Source: Promethearchaeota archaeon (GTDB lineage: Archaea; Asgardarchaeota; Lokiarchaeia; Sigyniarchaeales; SOKP01). From it: DNA of 14,204 nucleotides. Below the pieces are notes generated by a model. The model was not told where the DNA came from, did no database searches, and saw only the letters and a program-made list of their open reading frames with translations. The stretch lies in assembly GCA_030599585.1 (NCBI GenBank), contig JAUVNS010000036.1, forward strand, positions 1 through 14,204, given 5' to 3'. Of the stretch, positions 6,492 through 14,074 are shown in pieces (the first letter of the stretch is position 1; every line of letters starts with the position of its first letter). The translations under genes were made by a program, and so were the position numbers.

Positions 6492-8917
6492 TAATTTTTC
6501 TCCTTCTGAGGCTTCCTAGCTATATATCCTTCTTTTTTAATGATACTATCCGAAGAGAATCTCATCTTTAAATGTTCTTCAGGACTCCATGTTGGTTTTT
6601 TTATAGATACGCGATTCTTATTTTCCTTTTCAGCCCATTCAGTTAAAATTTCTTGTTCAATCCCTGTTTTTTTATGGATGTTAGATAGATTATTATTAAT
6701 TTGAATTTCTGTCCATAACTTTTGAATTGATTTAATACCAGTATTGCCCAAAACCTCAATCTGTTTCTTTGTTATTGAATCTAGCTTATTTAATGGTTTT
6801 TTAGGGAATACAAAGATATTATTCTTGAGTATAGATTGAAATTCTTTTTGATCTTTTTGAATGGTAAATATTAGATCCTCTTCATTAAAAACATTAAAAT
6901 TTCTCCTAATAAAATCCCGATATCTGTTTATTCTATCTGAATTTAAATTGGCAATTCTTCGGAATTTCCAAATAGGACAATTATTTAAATCAATAATTCT
7001 TCTCACATCGGATATATTCTGGATATAAGGGGAGTTGTATTCATGTTTGATATCTATTTTTACATCTTTTGACTTATTCCCAATATTAATTGTATATATA
7101 CCTGAAAAAAGATTATCAATCCGGAAATTACCATTTCCATCAGTCTCAGATAATGCAATGACTTTCTGATCTTTTTCTTTACCGCTTAAAAGGATCACAT
7201 TTTCATGAAAAATAGGATTTCCATCTAAATCCTTCGCTTTCCCAATTAATGATTTGTTGGGGATTATTAATGATGTTATTTCTTTTACCAAAGCATTAAT
7301 TTCATCCGGTGAAAGATCAGGAAATAATTCTTTTAAGTTCAAATCAGGTGAACCTAAATCTAATCCAATTTGTTTTGGCCATGGAATTGGTGGTTTGGGT
7401 CCTTCTGGTATTTCGGGAATAAATGGCCATTCTATTCCAATAAGATCCTTTATTCTTTCTATTAAACCATATGGAATTTCCATCCACTCTATATCCCAAC
7501 CCCAAGGAAAAGGGTGGGGATAAATGGGAAGAGCTCCCGTCATCACTTTTCTGAACATGATAGTTCCAAAATTTCTATCATAATAAAGTTTGATCGCATA
7601 AGTATCGGGGTCATTTTGATTTTTTATTAAAAAGCACGTCGCAGATTTGGAAAGATAGTTAGTAACCTCCTTTGACCATTGAATTCCTACCGAGGTTGTA
7701 AAACTGGCACTAGGCCCAATAATTATAGCAGCACTGCCACTCATAGTAGTTGAAAAGGTTTCTTCTGTACCTATTTTATTAATTAGTTTTAGACCATCGC
7801 CAATTGAATAATTAAGTACAGTCCCTTGTGATAAATACCATAATCCAATTGGCTCAGCACGATTATTCCTACTAGGATCTGCATAAGGATTGGCTGCAGC
7901 ATGTAAATCCGCTCCAGTATCTACAGGAAAGAACAAATCAAGATTATAAATAAAAGGATCAAGTTCAAGAATCTTCCTACGATCGTCAGCGGGAATGTTA
8001 CTCACGATCGGATCATCACCTGGACGTAATAATTTATGAGCTGGAATAATTAATAGATTTTCTGTATCTTGATGTTCATAAAATATAATTCCATCCGCCC
8101 TTTGGGATGCAGCGAATTTAGGATTAACCATTACAAGAAATAAATCGCTTAATGGTCCCCAATATGCTCTCCCTATTGCTTGTCGATTATCTGCTGTAAT
8201 CACTGTATTTCTAAAATCAGATATTTCTATACCATTAACAGCTGTATTTGAAGTGGATTGTGATTCTTGATAACCCATTCCAATACTGGCAATGCCTTTA
8301 TATGAAGCACCAAGGTGTACGCCTTCAACAGATTGCATTGTATAACTATTTCCAATTGTTGTCATAGAAGCATACTGAATTGTGTGGCTTAAATTGTTAG
8401 TCATGTCCTGCCCAGGAGGACAATATACAATGGATAAAGGAACATAATCTAACGTAAAGTCTCCAATATATCCTATGGCTTGAACACAAGTGAATGTCTT
8501 GCTAGATTCTGCTGATGTGCCCAAAGATGTGTCTTTAGTTCGACATTCTAATCTTACTCGATACATCTCCATTGGAAATTCCATAGTATGAGAAATTTCA
8601 TAAGAATCATACCAGTCTCCATTGTCATGATCATTTCCAAGATCATCTTCTTTATAATCAACATTTTGCCATCCTCCATCTCTCATAACATCTAGCCAAG
8701 CTTTAAATCTGCCTTTTCCATTATCAGATATCGGATGGTCATGAAATTCATAATCAACTTTAAAACGAATTGAAAGTTCATTTACTTCAATTTGAGTTGG
8801 TATATCAAGATTAAAAGCTACTGAAGATACTGTCCCTCCTGAAGGGAAGGGTCCATTCCATTCTCCCCAATTTTCTACATACATATTTGCAATTGATCTA
8901 CCAGCATATAAAACCAT
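6491..8917 (-). CDS. 808-aa multidomain protein: N-terminal beta-rich domain, putative beta-pore-forming-like core (aa ~155-458), Pro/Trp-rich linker, carboxypeptidase-regulatory-like domain (~555-625), HhH-like (~640-700) and DUF4332-like (~707-765) modules
   Basis: Long ORF with RBS, coupled to rhs. Core motifs LSIVYCPPG, DLFLVMVNP, ILELDPF and LYYDRNFGTIMF frame two S/T/G-rich segments. LIGKAKDLDGNPI...ETDGNGNFRIDNLFSGIYTI is a carboxypeptidase-regulatory-like/CnaB signature. LNKLDSI.....EVLGNTGIKSIQKL...IHKKTGIEQEILTEW fits DUF4332. The pore role is inference. Confidence 0.85.
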   Translation of the reverse strand: MVLYAGRSIANMYVENWGEWNGPFPSGGTVSSVAFNLDIPTQIEVNELSIRFKVDYEFHDHPISDNGKGRFKAWLDVMRDGGWQNVDYKEDDLGNDHDNGDWYDSYEISHTMEFPMEMYRVRLECRTKDTSLGTSAESSKTFTCVQAIGYIGDFTLDYVPLSIVYCPPGQDMTNNLSHTIQYASMTTIGNSYTMQSVEGVHLGASYKGIASIGMGYQESQSTSNTAVNGIEISDFRNTVITADNRQAIGRAYWGPLSDLFLVMVNPKFAASQRADGIIFYEHQDTENLLIIPAHKLLRPGDDPIVSNIPADDRRKILELDPFIYNLDLFFPVDTGADLHAAANPYADPSRNNRAEPIGLWYLSQGTVLNYSIGDGLKLINKIGTEETFSTTMSGSAAIIIGPSASFTTSVGIQWSKEVTNYLSKSATCFLIKNQNDPDTYAIKLYYDRNFGTIMFRKVMTGALPIYPHPFPWGWDIEWMEIPYGLIERIKDLIGIEWPFIPEIPEGPKPPIPWPKQIGLDLGSPDLNLKELFPDLSPDEINALVKEITSLIIPNKSLIGKAKDLDGNPIFHENVILLSGKEKDQKVIALSETDGNGNFRIDNLFSGIYTINIGNKSKDVKIDIKHEYNSPYIQNISDVRRIIDLNNCPIWKFRRIANLNSDRINRYRDFIRRNFNVFNEEDLIFTIQKDQKEFQSILKNNIFVFPKKPLNKLDSITKKQIEVLGNTGIKSIQKLWTEIQINNNLSNIHKKTGIEQEILTEWAEKENKNRVSIKKPTWSPEEHLKMRFSSDSIIKKEGYIARKPQKEKN
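6500..6505 (-). promoter_or_regulatory. Shine-Dalgarno AAGGAG for the RHS gene, embedded in the upstream gene; stop/start overlap TAATG at 6489-6493
   Basis: Minus strand reads cagAAGGAGaaaaatTAATGgtt. Confidence 0.7.
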
Positions 8918-8924
8918 AAAAATT

Positions 8925-8969
8925 CCCCTCTGTTTGTTTTATACATTATTATTCAAATTGCTTTATAAA
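8925..8969 (-). promoter_or_regulatory. Putative RBS GAGGGG (8925-8930) and TATA-like box TTTATAAA (8962-8969) upstream of the two-gene operon
   Basis: GAGGGG lies 7 nt before ATG 8917 and TTTATAAA about 45 nt upstream. The AT-rich background weakens the TATA call. Confidence 0.4.
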
Positions 8970-9650
8970 TATATCTACATTTTTGTAAATAAACTTCTTC
9001 AAAAAGCTTTTTTTTTTGTTTCAAGATTTTCGAACATCCTCGAAGAATAATCGTTTAAAATATCTGGATACACACCTTCAGCGAGGTTTACCTCCCGATT
9101 ATTTAGATTGTCGTTCGTAATAGAGATTAAAAGCGGTAAATCTTGATGGTTCACGATACAATTAGTTAGGTTCAATTAGACAAGAGGATCGAAAACTACT
9201 TTAGGTAGGGTATAATCAGTACTTCTAAAATTAAACACCTTCACTGGAATTGAATTTTATCTAAGAAAAGCTAGCAAACACGCAAGTCCGAGTGGGATTA
9301 ACCGATCGTTTAAACAGTATACTTTTACTAACGCAATATTATTAATAGTTGTTGGACAAAATTTATACTATATTAATACTAGATGGGTATTAACCAAGTA
9401 ATTTTCATAATACAAGAAATATTTTCCATTTAGTGCCATGTTTTATTTTAATCGTATTTCTTATTTTTCTAAACTGATTTTTCAATTTAGAATGGATATA
9501 ATAGTGCTTCCTTTTGATTTTACAAAATTGTTGGAATTTAAATAGACGATTTCTGAAAAAACTAACGTAGGTTTTTTTACCTATTATCTGGGTTTCTTTG
9601 AACCATTGGAATTGTGGTTTAACCATCTAATACTCATAAGGTTAAATATT

Positions 9651-10163
9651 ATGGATTTAGCAAGCGTTAAATATCAGGATAGTTGCATTTATATCAGTTT
9701 AGACGGCTCTCAGGAGCGAGGACAAGACGAAAAGTCCCTTGAGAGGATTAAAAGCGTGTACGCAGTCTACAAAATAAAAGCACAGGGTAATTATGTCAGG
9801 AATACGATTCTCATTAGAAAAAAAGACATATTGGTCATACGAGGAGAAATTGTCGTAAAATTCGAGTTAAACCAACTACACAGACCTGAAGAATGCGAAA
9901 TAGAGATCGTGTCCCTTAAGTTTATCTATCTCGGGGGAAAAAGGGAAGAATTGGAGGTAAAAGAATCTTATCCTTTTCTCGAAATCCGATCGCGTCCCCC
10001 AATCGTCGCGAATAGGAATAACTCAAACAAGTCCATTAAGAAAAATTTGTCCGTAACTCAAGAAGTTATAGTACTTCCTCTTAAAATAAAAATAAAAGAG
10101 GAGCCAAAAGTTGTTGAATTGCCATTAAAAAAAGGAAAAAAGAAAAAAAAAAGGAAATCCTAA
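9651..10163 (+). CDS. Hypothetical protein (~170 aa from ATG 9651; ORF track starts at TTG 9606) with Lys-rich C-terminal tail
   Basis: Open frame with a predicted beta-rich middle, a short internal repeat VIVLPLK/VVELPLK and the ending KKGKKKKKRKS. No family recognised. Confidence 0.5.
   Translation: MDLASVKYQDSCIYISLDGSQERGQDEKSLERIKSVYAVYKIKAQGNYVRNTILIRKKDILVIRGEIVVKFELNQLHRPEECEIEIVSLKFIYLGGKREELEVKESYPFLEIRSRPPIVANRNNSNKSIKKNLSVTQEVIVLPLKIKIKEEPKVVELPLKKGKKKKKRKS
9707..9718 (+). repeat. 12-bp direct repeat CTCTCAGGAGCG, copy 2
   Basis: Identical to 1981-1992. Confidence 0.5.
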
Positions 10164-10506
10164 AGTCTATAAAAGATCGTCAGTCCATTTCAAAACTAAA
10201 TTATCGAAAAATAAAACATTAAAAGAAAAAAAATCGCCTTTTTTTACTACGGCAGATAAACTAGGTAAAAAATAACTTTTTATCTGAAGAATCCAAATTT
10301 CTGAAAATTTTGATTTAATAATCCATAAAAAATTTCGACTTTTGTGAAATGATAGTAGGGTGGTGTACCAAGTTACAAACTGAACTTTTTCCGAAAATCA
10401 AGGTATAATTTATGGTTTCTAACTTTAAAATATTACAAGCAGAAATCTTTAAATGTTTAAGACTCATAAATTAATTCTATAAACTTAAGTTAAGTGAAAG
10501 TAAAAT

Positions 10507-11670
10507 ATGAAAGAAAGAGAGAAAAAACAAAAAGATCAGAATAAATATCTCATTCCATATAAGATCAAGGAGGATGAAAAACCTCATGAAACACGATCTG
10601 AATATGTTGAAAAGGCTCTGATAATAGTTAACAAAAATTATTCTAAAATATTCGAACGCAGAAAAAAATCAGGAGGGAGAAAAATCAATTTTGTTGAGGA
10701 AATCAAAAGATTTGAAAAATCTTTACTCACTTCTAAAGTTAATGCTGATTCAAACAGTTTAATTGGAAAAACTCTTCCAATAACACGTGATTGGTTAATT
10801 CTGTCTGAACATCCTGATCTAATACTAAGATCTGAATATTTGCTAGAAATACTAGGTCCTATGATCGATCTTGATTCAATCTGGCCTTATATTGACCGAT
10901 TAGTAACTTTAAGTTGCGACACAGCCAGTTATTACTGTGATAATATAATTCTTTCTCCAGGTAGAGCTGTTGCGATACATGGTATAAATTTTGGGGATAT
11001 TGAAGGATCTGTTTTTCTTGAGACAAGTGAGAATGAAGTTATAGAGCTTGAAATAGCATACTGGTTTCCTAATAAGATTTGTGCTGTTTTGCATCCTGAT
11101 TTTGAAGGTTTTCATCCATTTTTAGGTAAGCTCTGGGTAAATGTTCCATTCTCATCTTCCTATCGACAATCAAATTCATTTAATGTATATTTTAGACCTA
11201 TTTACGAAATACAATGGATCGCATGCTATAAAATAATGGATTATGCAGAAACTATATACTCTGGGAATGAACATGATTATTATTATGATGTTAATGAAGA
11301 GGGTGTGATTTTAGAAGATGAGAGAATTCCTGATGAAAGTTTTTTCATTGATCATACAGAGTCAGATCATTTTGGGTGTGGGTTTTCTGAATTAAGGTTT
11401 CCAATGGCAGGTCATCATATTCCAGGGTATTTAGGGCGGCGTTATAATCAAGGTTATAAATTAGACATTTCAACTGGTCTTGATATTACTGAATATCCTG
11501 GGGGTATGTACATTCTTTATTATTTATCTGGACCAAGAGGAGTAACCAACCCTCCCGATTTACCTGGCTCTGAATATATTTGGACTGGATTGTATGACAT
11601 GCGTGGTAAAGGTTGGATTTGGAATAAACAGTGGTATAAAATAGGTACCGAGCCAGATCTTGAAGATTAA
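10507..11670 (+). CDS. IPT/TIG-like domain-containing protein (387 aa), no signal peptide
   Basis: aa ~127-231 read P.I...SPGRAVAIHGINFGDIEGSVFL...EIAYWFPNKICAVL...LWVNV....QSNSFNVYF, an IPT/TIG Ig-like pattern. The N-terminus is charged and the C-terminal domain is aromatic/Gly/acidic. Confidence 0.75.
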   Translation: MKEREKKQKDQNKYLIPYKIKEDEKPHETRSEYVEKALIIVNKNYSKIFERRKKSGGRKINFVEEIKRFEKSLLTSKVNADSNSLIGKTLPITRDWLILSEHPDLILRSEYLLEILGPMIDLDSIWPYIDRLVTLSCDTASYYCDNIILSPGRAVAIHGINFGDIEGSVFLETSENEVIELEIAYWFPNKICAVLHPDFEGFHPFLGKLWVNVPFSSSYRQSNSFNVYFRPIYEIQWIACYKIMDYAETIYSGNEHDYYYDVNEEGVILEDERIPDESFFIDHTESDHFGCGFSELRFPMAGHHIPGYLGRRYNQGYKLDISTGLDITEYPGGMYILYYLSGPRGVTNPPDLPGSEYIWTGLYDMRGKGWIWNKQWYKIGTEPDLED

Positions 11671-11690
11671 TGCTAGTTAATACTAGAATA

Positions 11691-12179
11691 TTAACGGTAT
11701 AAATTTGTCCTTCTTCCTAAAATTTCTTTCACAACACGTTTGCTCGCCTGAAAAGGATTTGTAACCTTCTTTTTTGAAAATTCTAAAGGAGGCGTAAAGA
11801 CTTGCTCTTTTTCGATGAGTAAATTATACGCTTGATGTAAGAGAAATTCGAGATTGATCACATCTTCGTTATTATAGGCCAATAATGTTTCGAGATATTC
11901 TTTTTCTTTAGTTTGTTTAAATTTTTTCCACAAGAGCACCGCAGAATAACCGTCCAAGTCTTCAAGAGCTCCGCGCGAGATTCCAAACCTTTTTTCAATT
12001 TTTTTTAAGCCACCCTTTATCTGTAATCTCCTGAGTAAGAAGCAGACGTCAAAATGGATTTGATTAAAACCGATTCCCATTTCGTGTTTGATAAATGGAA
12101 TATCAAAAGCTTTGCCGTAAAATGTTGTTATTGCCATAAATTTCGAAATAAACGCGGGAAATTCATCTAAGTTTTTAAA
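11691..12179 (-). pseudogene. 5'-truncated YprB-like RNase H-fold (DEDD) exonuclease
   Basis: ITTFYGKAFDIPFI...HFD....RRL...GGLKKIEKRFGISR...DGYSAVLLW...LETLLAYNNEDVINL is the YprB/RNase_H_2 C-terminal half. Similarity continues in frame upstream of Met 12137 (FKNLDEFPAFISKF) to TAA at 12180-12182. The N-terminal DIETTG motif is missing. Confidence 0.8.
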
Positions 12180-12185
12180 TTATTT

Positions 12186-13184
12186 CTAAATGTAAACTGA
12201 AATCAAACCGATAGTTAAGGTAGCTATAGAACTTAAAATGCTTACTATATTGGTTGCTATCATTTTTGAATTGAAAGGCCAGTTTTTGTCCTCGTTTAGG
12301 ATGTTAAAAACTTTCAAAGCGGATTTAAACGAATCCACGTTATTAAAATCTTTCAGAAATGGTTGTAATTCTTGTCTGATGCATTCTATTTGTTCTGCTG
12401 TTATTTTATGGATATTTTTACTGCTAATTATTAAAGAATACCCCATGCTTCCTGTTAACGTGATACTCACGATAAAAAGCCCTAAAGCATTTAATTGATC
12501 TTGAAAACCAAATAGATACAGTAAACCAATTAATCCTACTACTAAAGAGACAAGCATCGGTCCCACAGTAGCTTTTCTTATGTAATTTCCTGCATCTCGA
12601 AGGACTCCTGTTTGTATTTCGTAGTAATTTAAAGTCTTAGATTTTTTGACGTAAATTTTACTTATATCGTACGAACTTTGGACGATAAAAATAGCTGCAA
12701 TTGAGGCAAAGCATAGAATTATCGGATAAGTAAAGAGGTTAGAGACAATAAGAAAAAGGTCGATAGGATGGTATCCCACTTTTGGGTTTGTATATTGAAA
12801 GTACGTGTAAATAATCCAAAAGATATTGGTCGCCATTATTAACGCGACTATAACGCCTTTTAAAACAATGGTAAGAGTTTTCTTCTCATCTTCAACAAAT
12901 GTAAAAGGTTCTTCCTTTGTTTTATCTTCTGGTTTAAGATTCTTAAAATCGTCGCACAAATAAGAACATACGTAGAAGGTTACCCATATTCCAGAAATTA
13001 ACCAAAAGTGCATAAAGAAATCGTGCAAATAATTTAGGGGTCTAAATACGAGGCTTATTACCGACTGAAAAACAATCAAGGTTGTTAATATACAAGCAAT
13101 ATTTCGCCACCAACCTTTAGATAATGTAACTAATCTCAGCCTAATATTTTTCATGTAGATTCTTGATTTTAAATCGGGATTCAT
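12186..13184 (-). CDS. Polytopic membrane protein, about 7 predicted TM helices (332 aa)
   Basis: Seven hydrophobic stretches by eye. A cytoplasmic-type helical segment (IHKI...IRQEL) and a WPFN motif precede the last helix. Confidence 0.85.
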   Translation of the reverse strand: MNPDLKSRIYMKNIRLRLVTLSKGWWRNIACILTTLIVFQSVISLVFRPLNYLHDFFMHFWLISGIWVTFYVCSYLCDDFKNLKPEDKTKEEPFTFVEDEKKTLTIVLKGVIVALIMATNIFWIIYTYFQYTNPKVGYHPIDLFLIVSNLFTYPIILCFASIAAIFIVQSSYDISKIYVKKSKTLNYYEIQTGVLRDAGNYIRKATVGPMLVSLVVGLIGLLYLFGFQDQLNALGLFIVSITLTGSMGYSLIISSKNIHKITAEQIECIRQELQPFLKDFNNVDSFKSALKVFNILNEDKNWPFNSKMIATNIVSILSSIATLTIGLISVYI

Positions 13185-13199
13185 TTTTAAAATTTATGA

Positions 13200-13637
13200 T
13201 TATACTTGTTCCTCGCAAGAATTCATTTGTTTTAGGTGTTTTTCAAGCATTTCTAAGGTTTGTAATGGTTTTCCCATTTTCTCGAATATGCTGTTCGTTA
13301 ACGCCAATGTGCCTTTAAAATCATTTATATACACTTCTCGAAGTTCAAGAGATTTGTCTTTTACATCTACAACTTTCTCTTGATACTCAATTTCTATTAG
13401 TAATTCTACCATTATATCGAAAATACAATCAATTTCTTCCTCTGTTAACGTTAAGATATATTTATTCGTTAAATCTGCTTGATTATACGATTCCCTTATT
13501 TTCAAAGTAACCGCGTAGGATATTTCATTATAATCCTTTTTTGGAAGGTTTTCTAAAGCGCAGAACCCATTTCCGTTATCTAACCAATCCATCTCTTCCT
13601 CGTTTAATTCAACTGTTTTTGGCAATTTTTTGCTCAC
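13200..13637 (-). CDS. Acidic hypothetical protein (145 aa, GTG start), probably co-transcribed with the membrane protein gene
   Basis: Open frame 15 nt from the next gene on the same strand, with an internal repeat TVELNEEEMDWL / ILTLTEEEIDCI. Confidence 0.7.
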   Translation of the reverse strand: MSKKLPKTVELNEEEMDWLDNGNGFCALENLPKKDYNEISYAVTLKIRESYNQADLTNKYILTLTEEEIDCIFDIMVELLIEIEYQEKVVDVKDKSLELREVYINDFKGTLALTNSIFEKMGKPLQTLEMLEKHLKQMNSCEEQV

Positions 13638-13705
13638 TTCGTTTTATATAAAATCCCATAAAAAGTACAAATAACTTTCTTTCCTTTTATTTATTAACTG
13701 ACGAT

Positions 13706-13965
13706 TTGAAAACTATTGGTCACGATTATTTTAGAATTGAAAGGTTACAGGCTAACATATTAGCCTTAACTATAGCCTTACGATTGGAGGTGCACTGTTA
13801 GTAATCGGGTTTCTTAAAATCTTTTTTAAAAGGTTTAGCGTAAAGACTTTGTTATACGCCGTTCTTTTACTGTTGATTGGAGCGTTCCTTACGGGAGTAT
13901 CTTTTGATATTTTAGGATTTGTAATTGGAGGCAACCCCCCACCTCAAGGATACCACTTTTACTAA
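13706..13965 (+). pseudogene. Small membrane protein with apparent frameshift (not in ORF track)
   Basis: 13777-13965 translates LTIGGALLVIGFLKIFFKRFSVKTLLYAVLLLLIGAFLTGVSFDILGFVIGGNPPPQGYHFY*. That frame has an upstream TAA (13753-13755) and no start codon before the first helix. The frame from TTG 13706 (MKTIGHDYFRIERLQANILALTIA) would join it if one base were restored at ~13776. Confidence 0.55.
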
Positions 13966-14074
13966 AAGGAAAAGAAAAATATTAAATCCAAATTAAAAAA
14001 GGAAAAATAAGACGATCGTCATAAAATCCCTAAAGAAGACGAAAATGAGAGTTAAAAAAAAAATAATTTAGTTT

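Noticed and set aside
7254-7523. 89-aa plus-strand Gly-rich ORF
   Set aside because: Antisense mirror of the Pro-rich linker of the 808-aa gene.
9405-9626. 73-aa basic minus-strand ORF
   Set aside because: K/F/I-rich composition expected from random AT-rich DNA, with no motif or clear RBS. It cannot be fully excluded.
1501-10379. TTTGTAACT (1501-1509) / AGTTACAAA (10371-10379) as terminal inverted repeats of a composite element
   Set aside because: Only 9 bp, AT-rich and non-extendable, so expected by chance.
10909-11115. 68-aa minus-strand ORF
   Set aside because: Antisense to the IPT/TIG domain coding region.
12137-12188. Stop-codon readthrough fusing the membrane protein to the in-frame exonuclease
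   Set aside because: The TAG is followed two codons later by TAA, and the nuclease lacks its first catalytic motif.
12238-12498. 86-aa plus-strand ORF
   Set aside because: Antisense to the membrane protein gene.
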